Shown here: one piece after another, positions 18,140-25,874 of the stretch
Layout of the letters: every line of letters begins with the position of its first letter
How positions within the stretch are numbered: position 1 is the first letter of the stretch
Assembly: GCA_052386995.1 (NCBI GenBank)
Contig: JBQTJP010000247.1
Coordinates: forward strand, 1 to 32,531
Length of the DNA: 32,531 nucleotides
Direction of reading: 5' to 3'
DNA from: Armatimonadota bacterium
GTDB taxonomy: Bacteria > Sysuimicrobiota > Sysuimicrobiia > Sysuimicrobiales > Humicultoraceae
Notes under the pieces: model-generated
Told to the model about the DNA's origin: nothing
Seen by the model: only the letters and a program-made list of their open reading frames with translations
The model's database searches: none
Program-made: the position numbers and the translations under genes

Positions 18140-18964
18140 TCAGGTCCCCACGCGCACGGGCGACGCGATCTTCCGCAGCGTTGCGACGACCGACTGCGCC
18201 GTGAGCACCCCCGTCCGCGGGTTGGCCGACGGGGCATTCTCGATGTGCACGGCAAACCGGCCAAAGTCGCCGATCACTTCGACATCGTGGATGTTTCGGC
18301 TTAGGCTCGGATCCGCGATAATGCGCACGCGGGTCCGATCCGGCCCGATCCCGGCTAGACTCACGGCCGCTGAGACGTTGACATTGGCCGGGAAGCCCCG
18401 GCAAGCATCGCGCGCGCTGCCCTCAAAGACCACCTGCGGGTCGCGCATGCCCATGACGTCGATGCCGTGATCCAGGAGGTAGGGAGAACCGGCCAGCGCC
18501 CGCGGCGGCTTTCGGGTCACCATCATGACGGATTCGACCTGTCCCACCGCAGCGGCGGCAATGGCATCCAGCCCGCCAATTGCCCCCGATGCCACGTGGA
18601 TCCGGGCACCGTGCTCCTGGGCCAGACGGACGTACTCGTCGTAACCGTCGAGCAAGGCGCCCACACTCAGCACGAGGAAGTCCTTGCCGGCGCTCAGGAC
18701 CGGGCCGGCGATCTCGCGAAAGGCGGAGGCGGGCGCGGCCTCAACGACGAGGTCTGAACGGGCGACAGTCTCCTGCAGCGGCACCACCGGCGGGACGGTC
18801 CGAAGGATCTCTTGCGCACGCGCCCGGGCCTTGTCTAGGTCGCGGCTGGTGATCGCGGCCAGCATGAGTCCCGGGAGAGTGCGCTCCACTGCCACCGCCA
18901 CCCCCTGCCCGACCGCGCCGAATCCCGCCAGTCCGATTCGCGCCACTGTTATCTGCGCGCTCAC
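18140..18964 (-). CDS. nadX: Aspartate dehydrogenase family protein
   Basis: GFGAVG, VVEAA, SVGAL, SGAIGGLD, RKPP, FPANVNV, NIHDV, NPRTG. Confidence 0.88.
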   Translation of the reverse strand: MSAQITVARIGLAGFGAVGQGVAVAVERTLPGLMLAAITSRDLDKARARAQEILRTVPPVVPLQETVARSDLVVEAAPASAFREIAGPVLSAGKDFLVLSVGALLDGYDEYVRLAQEHGARIHVASGAIGGLDAIAAAAVGQVESVMMVTRKPPRALAGSPYLLDHGIDVMGMRDPQVVFEGSARDACRGFPANVNVSAAVSLAGIGPDRTRVRIIADPSLSRNIHDVEVIGDFGRFAVHIENAPSANPRTGVLTAQSVVATLRKIASPVRVGT

Positions 18965-18976
18965 ACCGGCACGCGC

Positions 18977-20491
18977 CTACTCTGCCTGCACAGCGAGTTC
19001 AGCCTTCATCTGCCGCCGCATCTGATAGATGCCCAGGAGGAATGACCCCACGGCCAGCAGTAGCATGACGCCCGAGATCGGCCTGGTGATGAACAGCCAC
19101 AGGTTGGATTCGGTCATCAGCGACCGGATCAGGTTGATCTCGATCTGGTCCCCGAGGATCACGCCGAGGATCAGGGGCGCCAGCGGGAAGTCCGCCTTTA
19201 CCATGAGGAAGCCCAGGATCCCAAAGAAGAAGAGCGCCCAGACGTTCGCCATCAGGTTGTTCAGCGCGTAGGTCCCCACGGCGGCGAGCACGAGAATAAT
19301 GGGCACGAGAAAGCGCATCGGCGCGGTCACGATGCGCAGGGCCACGCGCAGGAGCCCGGCTTCAATGAGCACCGTGATGAGCGTCGCGACGAAATACGCG
19401 GCGAACATGCCGTAGGCGAGGTGCGGGCGGGTCGAGACGAACAGCGGGCCGGGCGCAATCCCGTGGATGATCAACGCGCCGAGCATCACGGCCGTGACGG
19501 CATCGCCTGGAATCCCAAAGGCCATCATCGTGATCAACGACCCGGCGATATTGGCGTTGTTGGACGACTCACTCGCGATGATCCCATCGGGGATCCCGGT
19601 GCCGAACTTCTCCGGATGCCGCGACGCCTTCTTCGCCTGATCGTAGGCCAGGATGTTCGCCGCAGATCCGCCCACCGCGGGCAGGATGCCAATCCACAGG
19701 CCGATGAAGGTCGAACGGACCAGATTCCCCCACTGCCTGAGGATCTCCGCGATCACCCGAATGTGGGAGACTGAAAGATCGACTGCGCCTGTCGGCGATA
19801 GGCCCGCCTGCACGCGGTTCTGCCGCTCGATTTCCCCTACCAACTGAGCGAACGCATAGACGCCGATCAACACCGCGAGGAATGGGAACCCGCTACGCAG
19901 GAACTCGAAGCCGAAGGTGAAGCGCGGAACGCCGAGCATGGGGTCGGAGCCGATCACCGTCACCAGGAGGCCCACGGTCGTCGAGAGCAGCCCTTTGAGC
20001 AGCGAGCGCTCCGACAGGCCGGAGACGATGCTGAGCGTCAGGACGAACAGGCTGAAATATTCCCACGGCCCAAACGAGAGCGCCAGCGTTGCCAGGATGA
20101 CCGCCCCGGCGACCAGCGGGATTCCCGCGAGCAGGCCGCCGAGCAGCCCGGCCCAGATCCCCAGCCATACGGCGCGCCCCGGTTCTCCCTTCTTTGTCAT
20201 CGGATAGCCATCGAACGTCGTGGCGATCGCCGACGGCGTGCCGGGGATACCGAGCAGCGTGGCGCTGATGAGCCCCCCGGACTCGCCCCCAACGTACACG
20301 CCGATCATCGTCGCCAGGCCCTGAAGGGGGTCCAGGCCGAAGGTAAACGGCAGGACGAGGATCACGGTCAGCGTGATCGTGATCCCCGGGATGGCCCCGC
20401 CGATTAACCCCGCCGTGACGCCCACCGCCAGCGGCAGCAGGACGTGTGGGCTAATCGTGCTCACAAGGGCGTCAAGCCATGGGCCGCTCAT
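18977..20491 (-). CDS. tctA: Tripartite tricarboxylate transporter large permease
   Basis: GAIPG, LLGIPGTPSAIATTFDGYPM, ESSNNA, GIPGDAVTA. Confidence 0.95.
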   Translation of the reverse strand: MSGPWLDALVSTISPHVLLPLAVGVTAGLIGGAIPGITITLTVILVLPFTFGLDPLQGLATMIGVYVGGESGGLISATLLGIPGTPSAIATTFDGYPMTKKGEPGRAVWLGIWAGLLGGLLAGIPLVAGAVILATLALSFGPWEYFSLFVLTLSIVSGLSERSLLKGLLSTTVGLLVTVIGSDPMLGVPRFTFGFEFLRSGFPFLAVLIGVYAFAQLVGEIERQNRVQAGLSPTGAVDLSVSHIRVIAEILRQWGNLVRSTFIGLWIGILPAVGGSAANILAYDQAKKASRHPEKFGTGIPDGIIASESSNNANIAGSLITMMAFGIPGDAVTAVMLGALIIHGIAPGPLFVSTRPHLAYGMFAAYFVATLITVLIEAGLLRVALRIVTAPMRFLVPIILVLAAVGTYALNNLMANVWALFFFGILGFLMVKADFPLAPLILGVILGDQIEINLIRSLMTESNLWLFITRPISGVMLLLAVGSFLLGIYQMRRQMKAELAVQAE

Positions 20492-20497
20492 AGCACC

Positions 20498-20989
20498 CTA
20501 CAGCAATCGACCCCTGGGAAGAAGGATCCGCAGGTAGCCCTCAAAGACGGCGTGGGTCAACAGTGCGGTGGCCAGGCCCGTGATGAGTGCGATGGGAATT
20601 TGCCGGAGCGTCCGCTGTCCCAGGAGCCAGACCAGCAGCGCCACGAACCCGGCGGTCGTGGCTCGGAATCCCAGGACCGGCATGAGCGCCGCATAGGCAC
20701 CGAAGAGCAGATAGATCAAGAGGATCGAGTGCTGTTGTCGCAGCCATACCCCAGGCGCGCCGGGGGTGCACACTTCGACCGCCGGACCGCGCGACCGGCG
20801 TACCCTGCGGCCCCGCAGGTCTGTGATCACGAGGGCCGCCGAGAGCACCGCCACGATGCCGAGGAGCAGCTGCGGATAGAATTCGGGCCCCAGCGGAACA
20901 AACGGAGGCCGTGGGATACCCCGCGTGTGGAGGTACAGCCACCCGCTGAGCGCCAGCAACAGCAGGCCTACAATCCCGTCACGTCCCAC
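20498..20989 (-). CDS. tctB: Tripartite tricarboxylate transporter small subunit
   Basis: Four TM helices, LGPEFYP, C-terminal LLPRG; lies between tctC and tctA. Confidence 0.9.
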   Translation of the reverse strand: MGRDGIVGLLLLALSGWLYLHTRGIPRPPFVPLGPEFYPQLLLGIVAVLSAALVITDLRGRRVRRSRGPAVEVCTPGAPGVWLRQQHSILLIYLLFGAYAALMPVLGFRATTAGFVALLVWLLGQRTLRQIPIALITGLATALLTHAVFEGYLRILLPRGRLL

Positions 20990-21010
20990 GGGAAGCCTGC
21001 CGCGAGACGC

Positions 21011-21973
21011 CTAGCGCCGCCGGAATCCGAGGGCGTCCGCCAGGCCTTTGTTGAGCGCGTCGTTCTCCCGGAAGAAAATGGTGTACTGCTGCCGGTTGAG
21101 GTACCGCACATCGGTCCCCTGCAGGCGCATGGCCTCGACAAACTTCGCGTCCTTGGCGACTTTCTCGCACGCCTGCTCGATCCGGGCGACGACGGCCTCG
21201 GGCGTCCCCTTGGGCGCCACCAGGCCCCGGTTGACGGCATAGAGCATGTCGATCCCCAGCTCCTTGAGCGTTGGAATCACGCGGCCCTCGGAGTGCCGGC
21301 GCTCCGTGGCGATCGCCAGCAGCCGCATCTGGCCGCCGCGCATCTTGTCGAGCTGGGTGAGGTTGGTCTCGGCGACGTCGATGTGCCCGCCCAGCAGCGC
21401 GGTCATGCGGGGCGCCGTCCCCTCATAGTGGACGTACTTCCACAGGCGGGCGCCGACTTTGCGCTCGATAAGGGCGAGGAAGAAATGGCTGGTCGATCCC
21501 AGGGTCGCTCCGGCCTTAATCTCGTCGGGACGCTTCTTGGCGTCCTCGACCAGCTCTTTCATGGTGCGCCAGTTCCCTTTTACATGAGTGGCCACGATGG
21601 ACGGAGTGGATGCGATCAGGCAGATCGGCACGTAATCCCAGTAATTAACGTCGGTGACCGCCGTATAGAAGGTCGTGTGAATAGAGTCGTGGATTGAAAA
21701 GATCGTGTAGCCGTCGGCCGCCGCGGCCTTGGCCTCACGGGCCCCGACACTCCCCGACGCTCCCGGAATGTTGGTCACCACGACCGGGACGCCTAACTCC
21801 TTCTCCAATTGGTTCGCCACCACACGCATGATGGCGTCGGTGTCACCACCAGCTGCCCAGGGGATGATGAACTTGATGGGACGTTCTGGATATCCGGCCC
21901 CCCACCCCGGTACCGCCGCAGCGAGGGTCCCGATCATCGCGAGGATTGCGACAAGTCGGCGCGTGTGCAGCAT
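21011..21973 (-). CDS. tctC: Tripartite tricarboxylate transporter substrate-binding protein (Bug/TctC)
   Basis: Signal peptide; YPERPIKFIIPWAAGGDTD, NIPGASG, ADGYT, ALLGGHID; GGAGGGG RBS. Confidence 0.95.
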   Translation of the reverse strand: MLHTRRLVAILAMIGTLAAAVPGWGAGYPERPIKFIIPWAAGGDTDAIMRVVANQLEKELGVPVVVTNIPGASGSVGAREAKAAAADGYTIFSIHDSIHTTFYTAVTDVNYWDYVPICLIASTPSIVATHVKGNWRTMKELVEDAKKRPDEIKAGATLGSTSHFFLALIERKVGARLWKYVHYEGTAPRMTALLGGHIDVAETNLTQLDKMRGGQMRLLAIATERRHSEGRVIPTLKELGIDMLYAVNRGLVAPKGTPEAVVARIEQACEKVAKDAKFVEAMRLQGTDVRYLNRQQYTIFFRENDALNKGLADALGFRRR

Positions 21974-21993
21974 GATGGTATCCCCCCTCCAGA

Positions 21994-22038
21994 CACCAGC
22001 ACGAGTAGACTCGTTAGCAGGATTCTACCATGCTGGTG
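21994..22038 (-). promoter_or_regulatory. tctC promoter: extended -10 TGGTAGAAT with nested palindromes
   Basis: TGGTAGAAT at 22030-22022; ACGAGT-AG-ACTCGT at 22001-22014; CACCAGCA/TGCTGGTG at 21994-22001/22031-22038. Confidence 0.5.
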
Positions 22039-22089
22039 CGATAAAGCAGCCGCTTGCGTCGGCCGGCCGCAGGGTCCTATCTGCCTGCC

Positions 22090-22119
22090 TTGACAGCCCG
22101 CGCGGCGCCAGCCTACGAT
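22090..22119 (+). promoter_or_regulatory. Sigma70-type promoter of the ABC-F leader
   Basis: TTGACA (22090-22095), 18-nt spacer, TACGAT (22114-22119). Confidence 0.7.
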
Positions 22120-22147
22120 GAGGCCGCAGTCGAAGGAGGCGCGTAGT

Positions 22148-22174
22148 GTGACGCTTCCGCTTTTGCTCGTCTAG
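22148..22174 (+). CDS. Putative leader peptide MTLPLLLV upstream of ABC-F
   Basis: AAGGAGG at 22133-22139, GTG 8 nt downstream, TAG stop; its coding sequence pairs with 22202-22220. Confidence 0.65.
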   Translation: MTLPLLLV

Positions 22175-22261
22175 CACGCGGCAAAGGGTGACGTATGCCC
22201 TGACGAGCCAATGGGAGCGTGATTCCGGACACACGGACCCATGAACGAACGGCAGGACGGC

Positions 22262-22297
22262 ACGGGCCGGAGGATCGCTCCGACCCGTTTCGATTTT
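22262..22297 (+). terminator. Conditional intrinsic terminator (attenuator) before ABC-F
   Basis: Stem ACGGGCCGGAG/CTCCGACCCGT (one mismatch), 5-nt loop, followed by TTCGATTTT; a competing antiterminator strand lies at 22214-22228. Confidence 0.65.
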
Positions 22298-22314
22298 GAG
22301 AGGAGAGACCGACA

Positions 22315-24249
22315 GTGCCGATCCTGACCGTCACGGACATCGGGAAATCCCACGCCGACCTGGAGATTCTCCGAGACGTGACCTTCAGTCAGGAGCCGAA
22401 GGAGCGGGTCGCGCTCATCGGCCGCAACGGCTCGGGCAAGACGACGCTGCTGCGTCTGCTAGCCGGGTTGGACATCCCCGACCGCGGCCGCATCAGCCTG
22501 GCCGGATGGGCGCGTCTCGCCTACCTGCCGCAGACGCCAGAGGGAGCGCCACAGACCGCGGTGCTGGCCCACGTGCTGGCCGCGGCGCCCGACCTCCACG
22601 CGCTGGAAGCCCGCATTCATGAACTCGAGCATCTGATGGCCGCACCTGAGGTCCACGGCGATGTCGATCGTCTCCAGACCACCATGGACGAGTACGCGCG
22701 CGTGCGGGAGCACTTCGAGCACGCAGGGGGGTTCGGGCTGGAAACACGCGCGAAAATCGTACTCTCCGGCCTGGGGTTTGGCGAGGCCGATCATGCGCGA
22801 TCGCTCGGCGCCCTGAGCGGCGGGTGGCGGGTGCGCGCCGAACTCGCCCGCGCGCTGCTCACCGAACCCGACCTCCTGCTACTGGACGAACCGACGAACC
22901 ACCTCGATCTCGCCGCGATCGAGTGGCTGGAATCCTATCTCACCTCGTTCCCGGGCGCGTGCATCGTCGTCAGCCACGATCGTTATCTCCTCGACGCCGT
23001 GACCTCTCGCACGCTCGAACTGGAAGACGGCCGGGTCGAAGACTATCCAGGGTCGTACTCAACATACGCGCTGCTGAAAGCTGAGCAGGCGCGCCTGCGG
23101 GACGAAGCTTGGGAGCGCCAGCTCGAGGAAGTCGAGAAACTCAAAGAGTACATCCGGCGCTACAAGGCAGGCCGGCGCGCCGCGCAGGCACACAGCCGCG
23201 AGAAGATGCTGGCGCGCGTCGAAGCCACGGCGATCGAGCGGCCGCGCGAGGCGCGCGCGATGCGGGTCCGGGTCGGTGCGGTGAAACGCTCCGGACAGAT
23301 GGTCGTGCGCCTGAAGCACGTTAGCAAGCGGTTTGAGGACCCCACAGGTGCCGACAGCGTCGAAGTCCTGAGCGACGTCAACCTGGAGATTCAACGGGGC
23401 GAGCGCATCGGCCTGCTCGGGCCGAATGGGGCGGGGAAATCAACGTTGCTGCGGCTGGTCGCAGGCACGGACTTCCCCACATCGGGCATCGTCACGCTGG
23501 GATCCGGTGTCCACCCCCGGTACTTTGCCCAGGAGTCTGCCGAAGATCTCGATCGAAATGCGACGGTGCTGGACGAGATCCTCGCCGACCGCGCAATGTC
23601 GCCAGAGCAGACGCGCACGTATCTGGGCCGGTTCCTGTTCAGCGGCGACGATGTCCACAGGCGCGTGGGGATGCTCTCCGGCGGCGAGCGGCAGCGCCTT
23701 TCCCTGGCGAAGTTGCTGCTGGACGAGCCCAATCTCTTGCTGCTGGATGAGCCCACGAACCATCTCGACATCCCCGCGCGCGAGGCGCTGGAGGCGGCAC
23801 TGCGGGAGTTCCCCGGCACGATGGTTGTGGCCACGCACGACCGCTACCTGCTCGAGCGGCTGGCCACGCGCATCCTGACGGTTGACGACCGGGGGGTCGA
23901 AGACTTTCGCGGCACGTACCACGAACTGCGGGAGCGCCGCGAGCGTCGTGAGGAGCCGCGTCCCAAGTCGGCAAGCGCGCGGACAGCGCAAGCCGCGGCA
24001 GGGCCGCGAACATCGAGGCGCGGGAGGGCCGGCGCGGCCGCGGCGACTCCCACATTCGACCAGGTCGCCGCACAAATCGCGGCAGCCGAGCGCGAACGGG
24101 ACGATGCCGCCGCGTGGCTTGGCGATCCGGAGCTCTATCGCGACCCCGAGCGCGCAAGAGTCATGCGGCTGCGCTACGAAGAGGCGGAGCGGCGCCTTGC
24201 GGCGCTCTACGAGACCCTGGCAAACGTCGTGGAGGATACCACGCAATAG
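22315..24249 (+). CDS. ABC-F family ATPase (YdiF/YheS/Uup-like) with C-terminal coiled coil
   Basis: Two NBDs (GRNGSGKT/LSGGW/LLDEPTNHLD and GPNGAGKS/LSGGE/LLDEPTNHLD), no TM segments, helical linker, DPELYRD tail; GAGGAG RBS. Confidence 0.96.
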   Translation: MPILTVTDIGKSHADLEILRDVTFSQEPKERVALIGRNGSGKTTLLRLLAGLDIPDRGRISLAGWARLAYLPQTPEGAPQTAVLAHVLAAAPDLHALEARIHELEHLMAAPEVHGDVDRLQTTMDEYARVREHFEHAGGFGLETRAKIVLSGLGFGEADHARSLGALSGGWRVRAELARALLTEPDLLLLDEPTNHLDLAAIEWLESYLTSFPGACIVVSHDRYLLDAVTSRTLELEDGRVEDYPGSYSTYALLKAEQARLRDEAWERQLEEVEKLKEYIRRYKAGRRAAQAHSREKMLARVEATAIERPREARAMRVRVGAVKRSGQMVVRLKHVSKRFEDPTGADSVEVLSDVNLEIQRGERIGLLGPNGAGKSTLLRLVAGTDFPTSGIVTLGSGVHPRYFAQESAEDLDRNATVLDEILADRAMSPEQTRTYLGRFLFSGDDVHRRVGMLSGGERQRLSLAKLLLDEPNLLLLDEPTNHLDIPAREALEAALREFPGTMVVATHDRYLLERLATRILTVDDRGVEDFRGTYHELRERRERREEPRPKSASARTAQAAAGPRTSRRGRAGAAAATPTFDQVAAQIAAAERERDDAAAWLGDPELYRDPERARVMRLRYEEAERRLAALYETLANVVEDTTQ

Positions 24250-24285
24250 GAGGAGGTCCTCTGGTCCGGGCGAAGGACCACGCAG

Positions 24286-25026
24286 GTGATCGAGATGCGT
24301 GGCGCCAGAATGGATCCCGAGGGTATCGAGCTTGCCACCCTGGACCGGTTGGTGTCTCTCGCCGGGAAACGAGTGCTCGAGATCGGGTGTGGTGACGGAC
24401 GGCTGACCAGGCCACTCGCCGAGCGCGCCCGCAGCGTGGTCGCGATCGACCCCGAGCGCCTGGACATCGCCAGGGCTCGTCGGGCCTTGCCGACGCGTCT
24501 GAAAGGCCGCGTGGACTTCGAGGTGGCGTCTGGCGAATCACTTCCGTTTCCGGACGAGGCGTTCGACGTGGCCGTGTTTTCCTGGTCGTTATGATGAATC
24601 GCCCCCCGGGGCATGGTCCATGCCCTCCACAACGCACGGCGTGTGCTGAGGAAGAACGGGGTGCTCCTCGATATTCGCCCAACGCCGGACCGTCGCACCA
24701 TCTGGTGGCAATCGCCCCAGCGGCGCCGGATCGTCGGAGGCTTGAGGGGCGGGCGAAAGCGGTTTCGGGTGGCACAGCGGAAGATCGAGAGCATCGTGCA
24801 GCAGGGTCTGCTCCGCCTCCGCCACACGGAGGTCTTCCCACTCCTGCATCATGCGGTCTCGCTCCGCAGCCTGCTCGCATACGTCGCCACGGAATTCCCT
24901 CGTTCATGGGTCGACGACGCGACAGTACGCCGCATCCGCGATCTCCTCGGACCCAAGGGAGCCGGCCATCTGATCATTGAGGAGTCGGCGCGTATCTCCA
25001 TCCTCGACAAGATGGGAGTGGGCTGA
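24286..25026 (+). CDS. Class I SAM-dependent methyltransferase read through tandem in-frame TGA-TGA (24592-24597); probable double-selenocysteine protein
   Basis: ORFs 24286-24594 and 24613-25026 share one frame: VLEIGCGDG...SLPFPDEAFDVAVFSWSL**IAPRGMVHALHNARRVLRKNGVL gives a continuous Methyltransf_11 pattern; start may be 24286, 24295 or 24310. Confidence 0.82.
24608..24626 (+). promoter_or_regulatory. Putative bacterial SECIS hairpin
   Basis: GGGCATG-GTC-CATGCCC (24609-24625, plus a flanking G-U pair) begins 11 nt after the second TGA; GU in the apical loop. Confidence 0.72.
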
Positions 25027-25824
25027 ATGCTGAAGAACACCGTCAAGCTACGTCTCGCCGACGGGCTGCCAACCGTCGGACAGTGGATCAGCCTGCCTTC
25101 CCCCTCAATTGTTGAACTGCTGGCCAGCTTCCAACCGGACTGGCTGCTGATCGACACGGAGCACAGTCCCGCGGAATGGGAAACCGTCGAGCACGCGCTG
25201 CGTGCGATGAATGGCACCGACGTCGTGCCATTAGTCAGAGTCGCCGCCAATGACCATGCGCTCATCAAGAAGGCGCTGGACCGCGGCGCGTACGGGGTCG
25301 TCGTCCCGCTTGTCAACACGCTGGAGCAGGCGCAGGCTGCCGTGGCGGCGGCGAAGTACCCGCCCGAGGGAATTCGCGGCGTCGCCGGAACCCGGGCCAG
25401 CCGATATGGGATGGATCTCCCAGATTACTTCGCCCGGTGGAACAACCAGGTCTTGGTGATCTGCCAGATTGAGACGGCTGAGGCCCTGGAGAATGTCGAT
25501 GCGATCGCAACCGTCCCAGGGGTGGACGTACTGTTCATCGGTCCCAACGATCTCTCGGCGAACCTCAATCTCTTCAGGCAGTTCGACGACCCGGAGTTCA
25601 AACGCGCCGTTGATCGTATCCTCGGCGCCGCCGAGCGACACCACATCGCGGCCGGCTACATGGCGAGCACCGCCGACGAAGTCCTGGAACGGGTCGATCA
25701 GGGCTTCAGGTTTGTCTCGGCGGGGAGCGACACGCGGCTCCTGGCCGCCGCGGCGTCGGCGGCATTCGGGAAGATCAAGGCGGGCCTGGCGGAACGGACG
25801 GCGACCGTGCGGTCGCGACCATGA
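25027..25824 (+). CDS. HpcH/HpaI class II pyruvate aldolase (GarL/RhmA-like)
   Basis: IDTEHSP, PLVRV, ALDRGA, KYPPEGIRG, QIET, FIGPNDLS; GGAG RBS. Confidence 0.94.
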   Translation: MLKNTVKLRLADGLPTVGQWISLPSPSIVELLASFQPDWLLIDTEHSPAEWETVEHALRAMNGTDVVPLVRVAANDHALIKKALDRGAYGVVVPLVNTLEQAQAAVAAAKYPPEGIRGVAGTRASRYGMDLPDYFARWNNQVLVICQIETAEALENVDAIATVPGVDVLFIGPNDLSANLNLFRQFDDPEFKRAVDRILGAAERHHIAAGYMASTADEVLERVDQGFRFVSAGSDTRLLAAAASAAFGKIKAGLAERTATVRSRP

Positions 25825-25874
25825 CGGTGAAGATATCTCGTCCCGGTGCGTGAACCCGCGCCGAGTGCTGCGCC

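Noticed and set aside
20444..21697. Long antisense ORFs (also 3112-4161, 25231-26217, 29803-30726, 30784-31983, 31451-32425)
   Set aside because: Shadow frames of well-supported opposite-strand genes, expected at high GC; no motifs
22025..22353. Small minus-strand ORFs between tctC and ABC-F
   Set aside because: No RBS or recognisable motif; the region is explained by divergent promoters and the plus-strand attenuator
24592..24597. Genome-wide TGA reassignment (genetic code 4 or 25)
   Set aside because: Many genes here end properly in TGA (for example ATGA/GTGA overlaps at 16661 and 4086), TGG is used for Trp, and GC content is high
24286..25026. Pseudogene or two separate small genes
   Set aside because: No frameshift or other decay; both stops are TGA at an active-site motif and are followed by a correctly spaced SECIS-like hairpin. 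Kept only as the fallback if the genome lacks Sec machinery.
25024..25029. TGA directly followed by an in-frame ATG: possible third Sec fusing methyltransferase and aldolase
   Set aside because: The aldolase has its own GGAG RBS, both domains are complete, and no compact SECIS-like hairpin follows
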